Shown: in pieces, positions 8,730 through 17,048 of the stretch
Layout: the number at the start of each line of letters is the position of its first letter
How positions within the stretch are numbered: the stretch's first letter is position 1
IMG/VR virus record: IMGVR_UViG_3300028610_000159
Span: 1 to 50,005 of that record
Length of the DNA stretch: 50,005 nucleotides
Origin: a virus
Lineage: Duplodnaviria > Caudoviricetes
Direction: 5' to 3' (one strand)
Position numbers and translations under genes: made by a program
Notes under the pieces: generated by a model
The model's input: the letters and a program-made list of their open reading frames with translations, nothing else
Told to the model about the DNA's origin: nothing
Databases searched by the model: none

Positions 8730-8764
8730 CATTAAGGATATTATTGGGAAAGATAGCGGAATGA
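7775..8764 (+). CDS. C5-cytosine DNA methyltransferase, catalytic (alpha-like) chain
   Basis: Motifs I FCTGYGG, IV GYPCQPFS, VI FENV, VIII HKRERLF, X RLLGNGVV. Confidence 0.93.
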   Translation: MDSTQNVISFCTGYGGLDIGLKRVWPDCRTIAYVEIEAFAITNLVAKMEQGKLDSAPIWTDIKTFDGRPFRGKVHGFTAGYPCQPFSVAGKRRGKEDPRHLWPYLEEHIRTIRPLWCWFENVGGHLTIGFDEVFKSLRDLGYKVEAGLFTASEVGAPHKRERLFILAYNDDSECRTRAVQNRVDKRPIQEGQRDNRRSLRVEVAGRGDQLAIPQSQRCGETGSDSGRCSERTAIASELADTTSQRIQGHEPKGSSQPERQIDQLRNNRWPARPGQEQYDWEEPRTVESGMGRTIDGFKSRVDELRLLGNGVVPEQAELALRILLGKIAE

Positions 8765-9094
8765 TCCCCGGCATATTAAACAAAGAAGAAGATACTGAAT
8801 TCAAACGTAAGTTTGATTTATTGCAAAGGACAGGCTAAATTGTTATAGGAGAATGAACATGGAAACTGGATGCGGCTGGAAAGGCTTCTGTGAAGAGGCG
8901 GGCGAAAACAGGTGGGTATTTGGTGAGTTGGTTGGAGAACGGACGATATTAGAGGACTATATCAGTTACCGAGTGACCAACGGTTCTTTAACAAGAGTGT
9001 GTCAAGGTGATATAGCAAACTTACTCAACCACGAATGATAAGAGCAAGGTTTAAAGGTATATGCCAGAGAGCATGATAATATGAGGATAAGAAT

Positions 9095-9817
9095 ATGACA
9101 AAAGGAAAAGTAATCTATGAGCCTAAAGGGCCTGCGAAAGAATACGCACATTTGGCAGTAAATCTCTACAAAGGCTGTGCGTTTGGATGCAAGTATTGTT
9201 ACGCACCGAAAATTGCTTATATGAAATTGGATGAATGGTCAGCAAATCCAGAACCGAAAAAAGACATTCTCAAACGGCTCGAAGCCGACTGCAAGAAAAT
9301 GAAAGGCGATCCACGCGAAATACTATTATGCTTCACCTGCGATCCATACCAAAGCCCAGAAGCTGCGAAGCTTACCCGCAAAGCCTTGTTGATTCTTGAG
9401 AAGTACGAAATGACAGCAACGGTTCTGACAAAGGGCGGCGAGGCTGCAATCCAAGACTTCGATATTCTCAAGCGAAACGACTGGAAATTCGGAACAACAT
9501 TAAGCTGTATGAATGATGAAATAACGAAGCAATGGGAACCCAACGCCGCACTAGCTTCATCAAGACTTTTCACTATCGCAAGGGCGGCTGACAAAGGTAT
9601 TAAAACATGGGTTTCAATGGAGCCTGTGTATAATACAAAACAAGCGTTGAGCGTGATTAAATGTGCAAAGCATTGTGTTGACTTCTGGAAGATCGGCAAA
9701 ATGAATCATAGAAACTTGCCGATCAACTGGGCAAAATTCCGGTTCGACGTAACAAACTTACTGGAAGAAATTGGTGCTAAATATTATATCAAGAAAGAAT
9801 TGAGGGACGCGAAATGA
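9095..9817 (+). CDS. Radical SAM protein (SPL-like family)
   Basis: NLYKGCAFGCKYCYA (CxxxCxxC); TCDPYQ; TWVSMEP. Confidence 0.9.
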   Translation: MTKGKVIYEPKGPAKEYAHLAVNLYKGCAFGCKYCYAPKIAYMKLDEWSANPEPKKDILKRLEADCKKMKGDPREILLCFTCDPYQSPEAAKLTRKALLILEKYEMTATVLTKGGEAAIQDFDILKRNDWKFGTTLSCMNDEITKQWEPNAALASSRLFTIARAADKGIKTWVSMEPVYNTKQALSVIKCAKHCVDFWKIGKMNHRNLPINWAKFRFDVTNLLEEIGAKYYIKKELRDAK

Positions 9818-10028
9818 GATGCACGTGCGGACATGACGAACATTACAACTTCGCCATAGATAATGGCTTGTGTAATATGTGCATCGGGGAGAGATTGGAA
9901 TTCTTGGAGTTTGCTGAAAAGCTTTGCCCCACTACAATGGATATAGCAATGCAACAATTCAAATTAAGACAAGAACAATTAAAGGATTAGAATAAAAACA
10001 ATATTCACACAGATACGAAAGGGATGAG

Positions 10029-10286
10029 ATGAAATTTGAGACAATATCTTTTTTTTCGCCAGAAGGCACGGGGCACACGGAAGCATCTTTGATATTCATC
10101 CCTGACAACTTTGGCGAAATCGTTAATATTACGAGACAAATTGACAAGCTCGGTGAAAAGGATTCTTTGATTCACGCCCATATCGAAAACGAGCGGCTGG
10201 TAATCAAGTTCGGTAGTGGAATGTACGTCCATATCATTAAGAAGCTACAGGCTGAGATTGCTGAACTGAAAAATGAGTCGCCATGA
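10029..10286 (+). CDS. Hypothetical protein
   Basis: RBS; ATGA coupling to the next gene. Confidence 0.5.
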   Translation: MKFETISFFSPEGTGHTEASLIFIPDNFGEIVNITRQIDKLGEKDSLIHAHIENERLVIKFGSGMYVHIIKKLQAEIAELKNESP

Positions 10287-10723
10287 AACAAACAACACTA
10301 TTAATAATAAAAACCATACTCCTGAGTGTGGCAATAACATCACCCGACACGCTCCAAACGATAGCCCTTGACTACCAGCAAGGCAATAAGAGCTTAAAAG
10401 ATTACGCAATATGGGCAGAAACATATCGAAGTGACAAGCCAACACCGAACACAGAATGGGAGTACATCGATGGCTGGTATGTCCGACTTATGGATATAAA
10501 ACGAACGGTAACGACGGTAATCGAATACCTCAATGGCGTCTGTGTGAGCAGGCAGGTAAAAGAGAAGTTTAAGCAAGAATACGGCGAATCCAGGAGAGCT
10601 TATCCGCCCGAATTTTACTGGGTTCCTAAAAAAGTAGAACCTGCATTGACTCTGGATGATATTCTTTCTGATCCAAATTTGCCTCCTGAGATCAGGCTTA
10701 TGATTGAATCACTGGAAAAATAA
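10283..10723 (+). CDS. Hypothetical protein with hydrophobic N-terminus
   Basis: MKQTTLLIIKTILLSVAIT. Confidence 0.55.
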   Translation: MKQTTLLIIKTILLSVAITSPDTLQTIALDYQQGNKSLKDYAIWAETYRSDKPTPNTEWEYIDGWYVRLMDIKRTVTTVIEYLNGVCVSRQVKEKFKQEYGESRRAYPPEFYWVPKKVEPALTLDDILSDPNLPPEIRLMIESLEK

Positions 10724-10814
10724 ATCCCTAATGACAAAGTTTTACTTGACATATCCCCAAAAATAGTGTAAAAGATAAATAATCGTGAGCAAGAAACAGA
10801 TTTAAAGGAAAAAC

Positions 10815-11774
10815 ATGCGAATCTCCGGCACAAACTGGATAGGAGTATGCTTAATAGGTGTACTACTGTCTGCGTCTACAGTATCAGCCGCATTCACTAA
10901 ACACCATTGGTACAAACTGGATGATCGCGCTGAGAACACTATTTTAACGGATTCTGGGACAGGGGAAGAAGACGCCGACTGGGTTGTCGGTACTGGGCAA
11001 ACCATTCGGGACACTAATTTAGACAGCGTGACGGGTTTGGTAAATACATCACCCAGCCGAGCTATGAATTTCGCAGACGAGCACCATGTTTATACTCGCC
11101 ATGTAGCCGCTACTACAAGAGCGTCGTTTGCCGCGGTATTTTCAACAAACTTTGCAGTATCTATGTGGGTTAGGCCCGTCGATGGGCAACCGGCATCAGT
11201 GGAGAGGGTATTCGGATATATTGAACTGGACGGCGAAGGTGGTAATATAGTTGATAAAGTCATTGCTTCTATTCTTGCCGATGGCCGAGTCAATTTGAGA
11301 TATACGGTAGCCGCTAATGCTAACGAGGCTCGTGCCCAGACGCAGAATGTGATATTTAACGATGGCGGCGGGCAAACCAAGAACTTAGTATTTGTGGGGT
11401 TCAAGGATGTAACAGGGGTGGACGGGCTGGCTATCTGGGTGGACGGGGTGAGGCAGACACTTGGGGCGAATAATGGGAATACGTCCAACATAAACGAAGG
11501 CCTCTGGGCAACGTGGGAAGGGGAAACCACAACTACTTCAGGAAATTCCAAGGGGCCTAATTTCGGGGCCATGCTTACAATTTGGCCTCCCGGTCCAGAT
11601 TCGGCAACACTCTTTTATAACGGAGTAATGGATGAAATTACTACATGGACATGGGACAATGCTGATTCCGCCAACATTCAAACAGAACTGATTGATGTAC
11701 TATTTAGTGATGTGCTAGTCAGTGTGGACAGGACAGCCCGAAGCAGGCCCAGATATTCAGGTGGTGGAAGATAA
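10815..11774 (+). CDS. Secreted LamG/concanavalin-like lectin-domain protein
   Basis: Signal peptide ...LLSASTVSA; HHWYKLDD, FAVSMWVRP, IWVDGV, YNGVMDEI; TTGACA at 10746 upstream. Confidence 0.75.
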   Translation: MRISGTNWIGVCLIGVLLSASTVSAAFTKHHWYKLDDRAENTILTDSGTGEEDADWVVGTGQTIRDTNLDSVTGLVNTSPSRAMNFADEHHVYTRHVAATTRASFAAVFSTNFAVSMWVRPVDGQPASVERVFGYIELDGEGGNIVDKVIASILADGRVNLRYTVAANANEARAQTQNVIFNDGGGQTKNLVFVGFKDVTGVDGLAIWVDGVRQTLGANNGNTSNINEGLWATWEGETTTTSGNSKGPNFGAMLTIWPPGPDSATLFYNGVMDEITTWTWDNADSANIQTELIDVLFSDVLVSVDRTARSRPRYSGGGR

Positions 11775-11810
11775 AAAAAGGCCCAACCATTGGGCCCTTG
11801 CTCTTTTACT
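11773..11810. terminator. Probable bidirectional terminator between convergent genes
   Basis: A-tract, ggcccaa/ttgggcc hairpin, T-rich tract. Confidence 0.6.
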
Positions 11811-11965
11811 TACTTTTCAAGCGGGATTTCTCCCTTTGAAACCCTGTCAAGCCACTCAGCAAATGAGATGTTTTTAGTGCATTTAGGGGTTTTGAGGTAA
11901 TCCAGGTGAGCCTTCCGAAGACGGTTTTTCGTGGTTTCTCTTGCACTGATTGACGATTGTTTCAT
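11810..11965 (-). CDS. Small RHH-like DNA-binding protein (51 aa, not in ORF track)
   Basis: MKQSSISARETTKNRL...SFAEWLDRV; AAGGAG RBS. Confidence 0.5.
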   Translation of the reverse strand: MKQSSISARETTKNRLRKAHLDYLKTPKCTKNISFAEWLDRVSKGEIPLEK

Positions 11966-11982
11966 GTTAATTCTCCTTGAGT

Positions 11983-12174
11983 TTATATTCCTGCTGTATC
12001 GCCGATTAAATCTCTTGCTTCGTCCATCTGTTCGATATTCTGTTCCATAGCTTCTCCCTTTTCGGAGTACTGAAGGCCTTCGGGCAGATTATCAAACGCC
12101 TCCTGTTCTTCTGAAATAATATCCTCAAGCTTAAACCAAATCGACTCTAATCGAGCTCTTCTGTCTTTATTCAC
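11983..12174 (-). CDS. Hypothetical phage protein
   Basis: GTG start after GGAG; EEQEAFDNLPEGLQYSEKGE. Confidence 0.7.
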   Translation of the reverse strand: MNKDRRARLESIWFKLEDIISEEQEAFDNLPEGLQYSEKGEAMEQNIEQMDEARDLIGDTAGI

Positions 12175-12272
12175 GATAAATACTCCAATAAAAGTGCAAT
12201 TAGCATACCCACCACAACGGCGAGCTAGGTTAAGAATAGTTTGGTTACTAGTCGCATGATTATCCTTTTTCA

Positions 12273-12458
12273 TTAGGCGAGTTTCATTAAGTCCTTTGCA
12301 ACAGAAATGTCGTAGGTATCTTCAAGCCAATGCCAGATATCAAATTTACTTGTTCCAATGGGGAAATGTTTCCATTCCGTATCAATGTTGTCATCCTTGT
12401 CTACAGGTATATCGCCAAGTTCCTGCCACATCTTTTTAACTTCTTTAGTGTCCTTCAT
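12273..12458 (-). CDS. Hypothetical phage protein
   Basis: WQELGDIPV...HFPIGT..FDIWHW. Confidence 0.7.
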   Translation of the reverse strand: MKDTKEVKKMWQELGDIPVDKDDNIDTEWKHFPIGTSKFDIWHWLEDTYDISVAKDLMKLA

Positions 12459-12533
12459 AATTCTTTCCCTTAATTAAATTAGTTTCAGCCTTTGATTGAG
12501 TTGGTTAGCCGTGTGCATAGGCTTAGCATACCG

Positions 12534-12695
12534 TTACTTGGTTGCAGGTGGTGTTTCATTGCTATTGAATATTACTTGTGCAGCCAGATTATTACACTTA
12601 GCAAGCCCACACTTCTCAGGTCGTCTTGTACTCACAGTCTTAATTTCTGCGATTCGCCCTTTGTTTTGTTTGTGGCCATTACATCTGAATCTCAT
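12534..12695 (-). CDS. Small hypothetical protein (53 aa, not in ORF track)
   Basis: GAGG RBS; MRFRCNGHKQNKGRIAEI... Confidence 0.45.
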   Translation of the reverse strand: MRFRCNGHKQNKGRIAEIKTVSTRRPEKCGLAKCNNLAAQVIFNSNETPPATK

Positions 12696-12723
12696 AATAC
12701 ATCCTCTCAAATAAATAAAATAG

Positions 12724-12849
12724 TTAGTCTTGTTCCTTTACATCTTTACAATCCCTGACTACACCCATACAGCCAACTTCACTACAATGACAAGGACAAT
12801 CAGCCACGCACCCATTACAACAACATTCGTAACAATTTTCATTATCCAT
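12724..12849 (-). CDS. Cys-rich 41-aa peptide, metallothionein-like (not in ORF track)
   Basis: MDNENCYECCCNGCVADCPCHCSEVGCMGVVRDCKDVKEQD; AAGGG RBS 6 nt upstream. Confidence 0.5.
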   Translation of the reverse strand: MDNENCYECCCNGCVADCPCHCSEVGCMGVVRDCKDVKEQD

Positions 12850-12911
12850 TTCAAACCCTTTCGATAAAATAGTTACGCAAAGGCCCGGTTAAAGGCCCTT
12901 GAGTGATTATT

Positions 12912-13502
12912 TTATCCCCATTGCTCAGCCATAGCGTCAGCGAAACCTTGACAAATTATCGATCTCTTTTTACCCCTGTCTTTTGATGGTGACATTCTGT
13001 GTATTCTCGCTTCCCGTCCCTCTACGATGTTTGTTGGTTCAAGTAGCGGCAAGCCCTTGATCCTTAAACAGGTTGCTTTTGTCTCCCCGTGCCCGAATTG
13101 CCAAGGCTGGATAATTTGATCGGGCTTGTACTCTATAATTTCTTGGGCATATCTGTGCATTATTGGACTCTCTGCAACCACTTTATCGCAAGGCGCGTCG
13201 AATAAATCTTTAAAAAATATAGACCCTGCATACATTTTGCCCCATCTGTCATAGTTTTTGTGCCCGTCCGGGAGATAGAGCCATCTTACGCCTGAGTTAC
13301 ACGTATATGTGCAAGGGGGGAACATCAATATCATATCCCACCTCTGACTATATGCCAGTTTAACAGCGTCCCCGATAATGTGCGGTCCCGGCGATTCAGT
13401 CGGCAACAAGTCACAACTAATCGCATCATGGCCTTTAGCAATAAACGCATCACGGACACGGCCTGAGAATTCACAAGGCACGAAGACTTTCATCTTACGC
13501 AT
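12912..13502 (-). CDS. Phage C5-methyltransferase-like protein
   Basis: KVFVPCEFSGRVRDAF...SCDLLPTE...FPPCTY...QPWQFGH..TKATCL...ADAMAEQW. Confidence 0.8.
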   Translation of the reverse strand: MRKMKVFVPCEFSGRVRDAFIAKGHDAISCDLLPTESPGPHIIGDAVKLAYSQRWDMILMFPPCTYTCNSGVRWLYLPDGHKNYDRWGKMYAGSIFFKDLFDAPCDKVVAESPIMHRYAQEIIEYKPDQIIQPWQFGHGETKATCLRIKGLPLLEPTNIVEGREARIHRMSPSKDRGKKRSIICQGFADAMAEQWG

Positions 13503-13677
13503 ACTTTAACTCCCTGAGATTAGCATAATAGGCCTTAGCTTCGCACACAGCAGCATCGGCGACATTCTCAAGGGCTTTACCGTCAATCTCAAACAAGGCC
13601 GACACCATTTGACTGATGGTTGTGGAGTCAACACCGGAAAGATACATTTCTTTATAGTATGCAATTGCTGTTTCCAT
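13495..13677 (-). CDS. Hypothetical protein
   Basis: GGAG RBS; first gene of the leftward operon. Confidence 0.6.
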   Translation of the reverse strand: METAIAYYKEMYLSGVDSTTISQMVSALFEIDGKALENVADAAVCEAKAYYANLRELKYA

Positions 13678-13717
13678 GATTCACATCTCCAATAAAATAA
13701 CGATTAACATTACAAAT

Positions 13718-13816
13718 AGAATATAACACAGATTCCTAATTTGTCAATAGAAAAAATAGAATAATATTAAAATAAAAGAAAAAGAACTTGACAGCGCATA
13801 CTCAACCTGCTATAAT
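13718..13816. promoter_or_regulatory. Divergent sigma70-type promoters
   Basis: Rightward TTGACA(13788)-17-TATAAT(13811) with TG extension; leftward TTGACA (13742-47, minus strand) with TATATT/TATTCT. Confidence 0.8.
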
Positions 13817-13869
13817 ACCCATTAAATAAAGAAACGAACTGGAAACTATTTTCAATCGTATGCGCTTAA

Positions 13870-14022
13870 ATGGACACACTCGGAGAAATAATTGAAGACA
13901 AAGCCAAGGATGAAATGGACGAGCATATCAAAGAACTGAACAGACTGGCTTTACTAATCGAACCGAATCCACGTATATTTGAACTATTACAGGAACTAAC
14001 GGGGATAATAGATAATGGCTGA
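13870..14022 (+). CDS. Small hypothetical protein (50 aa, not in ORF track)
   Basis: Open frame between the promoter and terS, overlapping the terS start. Confidence 0.45.
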   Translation: MDTLGEIIEDKAKDEMDEHIKELNRLALLIEPNPRIFELLQELTGIIDNG

Positions 14023-14407
14023 AGTGAAGAAAAGAAATAGGAAACAGCCACCAAAACGCAAGGTAGGTAGGCCCCGAAGACACTTTACCCCGGAACAGAT
14101 AGAACAGATGGAAAACTATGCCTTTAACGGCTGCCAGAACAACACGATAGCTTGTTTAATGGGTATACCACAGCAGACATTAGAAGACAATTTTCGGGAA
14201 CAATTAACTAAAAAGAGGGCAGAACGCAAGTTACGACTCAGAACACAGCAAAACGCCGCAGCAGCAAAAGGTAATCCGGCCCTATTAATATTCTTGGGCA
14301 AGAACTATTTAGAGCAATCGGACAAGATCGAAGAAAAGATTCATATAACCGGACTAACAGAGCTATTATCGGAAGTGGATGGGAAAACAAAGGGCCTGCC
14401 AAAATGA
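14015..14407 (+). CDS. terS: Terminase small subunit
   Basis: GRPR, HTH-like region, GNPALLIFLGKNYLEQSD; directly precedes terL. Confidence 0.8.
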   Translation: MAEVKKRNRKQPPKRKVGRPRRHFTPEQIEQMENYAFNGCQNNTIACLMGIPQQTLEDNFREQLTKKRAERKLRLRTQQNAAAAKGNPALLIFLGKNYLEQSDKIEEKIHITGLTELLSEVDGKTKGLPK

Positions 14408-15954
14408 CAGAAGAAGAGCTAAAAGAGAATATGTCTGATAGGTTATGGCGATTGAATAACTTGTATTGGATTACTGACGAACAAGGCAGAAGAGTTAAGT
14501 TCTCATGTCGCCCGGTACAGCTCTTATTCTTCAGGGCTTTGCACTGGCTCAATATCATACTCAAATCCCGACAGCACGGTATAACAACGTTCTGTTGCTT
14601 GATGATGCTGGATATGTGTTTATTTAATTCCAACACCAAAGCAGGGATCATAGCTCATAATATGCAGGCAGCGGGTGAGATATTCAGGGACAAGATTAAA
14701 TACCCTTATTCCCAGCTTCCCACAGCATTAAAACAAGCAATACCAACTATCAAGAACGATGCAGGGCAGTTAATCCTTGAGAATAATTCAAGCTTAATGG
14801 TTGCAACCTCTTTACGCTCAGGTACTTATCAGTGGGTGCACGTATCGGAATACGGCAAGATATGTGCCAAGACTCCTGAAAGAGCTATTGAGATACGTTC
14901 AGGGACGTTAGAGACTGTACATGAGGAAGGGTTTGTTACGATAGAATCCACCGCCGAGGGCAGCGCTGGGGACTTTTACGATAGATGTAAGGACGCCGAG
15001 GATATCAAATTAAAAGGAAAAGAGCTGGGCCCGATGGATTACAGGTTCCATTTCTTTAGCTGGTATCAAGATCCAAAGAATACTACCGATCCGCAGTATG
15101 TCACTGTTCCCGATGATGTGAGCGTTTACCTGGGCAAGCTCGAATCAGGGTTAGGGATAAGTTTAACTGATGGACAGCGGGCCTGGTATGCTCAAAAGAA
15201 GCACACACTTAAGCTCCTTATGTACCGGGAACATCCGTCGACTCCTGACGAGGCGTTTAAGGCCAGTATCGAAGGGGCTTACTGGGGGACTGAAATGGCA
15301 ATTGCCCGCGAATCAGGGCGGATATGCACTGTTGCATACGATAGATTCGCGAAAGTTAATACGTTCTGGGACTTGGGGCATAAGCATACAGCAGTTTGGT
15401 TTGTTCAGTTTATTGGACAGGAGATAAGACTGATCGACTATTACATCGATAACGAGGGAATAGGTATGCCCGGTTATGCTTTAATGTTGCAAGAGAAGAA
15501 GTATATCTATGGGACACATTACGGCCCGTGGGATGTGGCTTCGGATGGGCCAAATGGACGGAGTATGCAAACCGGGCGGGATCTCATAGATGTTGCCAGG
15601 GATGCAGGTATTGATTTTGCGATTGTCGACAGATGCAGTGTGAGTGCAGGCATAAAAGAGGCTCAGGACATTATAATCCGGTGTTGGTTCGATATTGACA
15701 AATGCAGTGCAGGGATTAAGTGCTTGGAAATGTATAGAGCGGTATGGGACGAGTCAGTAGGGATATATCAGAAGAACCCTTTGCATAACTGGGCGAGTCA
15801 TGGAGGAAGTGCCTTTTGGTATATGGCCGTTGTTTATCGCGGTTCCAGTATCCAGGGCGAGCGTGTTGGTGAGATAAAACAGAAAATACCAGCAAGACAA
15901 AACCATACACCGTACCCGAAAAGATCAAGAAGCGGATTAAAGAGATTAGCGTAA
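14404..15954 (+). CDS. terL: Terminase large subunit
   Basis: Walker A LKSRQHGITT, Walker B WVHVSE, ESTAEG, nuclease WDLG...HNWASHG. Confidence 0.95.
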   Translation: MTEEELKENMSDRLWRLNNLYWITDEQGRRVKFSCRPVQLLFFRALHWLNIILKSRQHGITTFCCLMMLDMCLFNSNTKAGIIAHNMQAAGEIFRDKIKYPYSQLPTALKQAIPTIKNDAGQLILENNSSLMVATSLRSGTYQWVHVSEYGKICAKTPERAIEIRSGTLETVHEEGFVTIESTAEGSAGDFYDRCKDAEDIKLKGKELGPMDYRFHFFSWYQDPKNTTDPQYVTVPDDVSVYLGKLESGLGISLTDGQRAWYAQKKHTLKLLMYREHPSTPDEAFKASIEGAYWGTEMAIARESGRICTVAYDRFAKVNTFWDLGHKHTAVWFVQFIGQEIRLIDYYIDNEGIGMPGYALMLQEKKYIYGTHYGPWDVASDGPNGRSMQTGRDLIDVARDAGIDFAIVDRCSVSAGIKEAQDIIIRCWFDIDKCSAGIKCLEMYRAVWDESVGIYQKNPLHNWASHGGSAFWYMAVVYRGSSIQGERVGEIKQKIPARQNHTPYPKRSRSGLKRLA

Positions 15955-16382
15955 TGGAACTAAGGCCAACTACAACCGAAGATTTAGCATGGATCAGGGC
16001 AAATCCTCTTGACTCCAATATCAAGGAATACCCTGCATTTCCCTTAGATGGTGTTACCGGTATTCATGCTGGTAAGATATGGGGTGTTGGTGGTGTAGTG
16101 GTTCATCGTGAGGGTATGGGCGAGTTCTGGCTAATACTGGCAGTTGACTTCAAACAGGCCATTGCAAGCAGGACAGTACTCAAACAGTTAATGCTCTACA
16201 TTGAAGACACGATAAATGATAAGGGATTGTACCGGGCTCAAGCTATAATCAGGGCAGACTACCCCGCAGCTATGAAGATGATAGAATTCCTCGGCTTTGA
16301 GCGTGAGAGCAATAGGATGAGAAATTATTTACCCGGCCCGACAGATGCTTATATGTATTCAAGAATAAAGGATATGAAATGA
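15954..16382 (+). CDS. GNAT-fold protein (T7 gp13-like)
   Basis: GVGGV...GEFWL...RAQAII...MIEFLGFERE..MRNY. Confidence 0.75.
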   Translation: MELRPTTTEDLAWIRANPLDSNIKEYPAFPLDGVTGIHAGKIWGVGGVVVHREGMGEFWLILAVDFKQAIASRTVLKQLMLYIEDTINDKGLYRAQAIIRADYPAAMKMIEFLGFERESNRMRNYLPGPTDAYMYSRIKDMK

Positions 16383-16750
16383 AGAAAGTATTAGTTTTAG
16401 CGGTATTGTGTTTCCTGCTTGCGGGCTGTGATTCTAAAGTGGATGATTTACAGAATGAAACTATCGCCTACAATCGCACGGGTTTAATTGAACTGGAGAG
16501 GCAAGTCATCACCTTGCTCTCAGAGAATGCCAGCCTGAGAGAAGAATTAAAGAGGCTAGACATTAAGTTTTCGTGGAAAGTGGAACTGTTAAGCTATGAA
16601 CGTGACGAACGGCAAAGTGCTGAGCAGGAGGTCGATGCTATTAGCTTATGTACAGCGTCCCAGAGAGATGACCCGTATCGTCCGGGCGAGAGTAGCCTTA
16701 CGCAGGATCAACTTAAACCAAAAGGGAGGCCTAATGGACACGAGCGATGA
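16379..16750 (+). CDS. Predicted lipoprotein with coiled coil
   Basis: MKKVLVLAVLCFLLAG-C lipobox. Confidence 0.7.
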   Translation: MKKVLVLAVLCFLLAGCDSKVDDLQNETIAYNRTGLIELERQVITLLSENASLREELKRLDIKFSWKVELLSYERDERQSAEQEVDAISLCTASQRDDPYRPGESSLTQDQLKPKGRPNGHER

Positions 16751-17045
16751 GGGCATAGTTTCAAGCTTGACAGGTTTTGCCAGTGACTTACCAGGTGCAA
16801 GGAACTTAGCGAAAGTCGATCCCGTTCTGCGGAAGCAGTTCAAAAAGCGGGATGACGAATTAGAGGAAGAAGAGGAGCTAAGGCGCCAAGAGGCTGCCGC
16901 TGTTGAACAAGAGCAGCGAACCGTAACCGCCGAGGCCTTACCTCAACAGACAGAACTGGAACGCAGGAACAGACGAAGACGTGCTTCTGTATTGACACGT
17001 GATTTCGCTCCAGCAACATTGGGCAGGACGGGATTGTTAGGATAG
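16734..17045 (+). CDS. Small pre-portal virion protein
   Basis: GGAGG RBS; RRRRASVLT...TGLLG C-terminus typical of genes ahead of BPP-1/T7-like portals. Confidence 0.7.
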   Translation: MDTSDEGIVSSLTGFASDLPGARNLAKVDPVLRKQFKKRDDELEEEEELRRQEAAAVEQEQRTVTAEALPQQTELERRNRRRRASVLTRDFAPATLGRTGLLG

Positions 17046-17048
17046 ATA

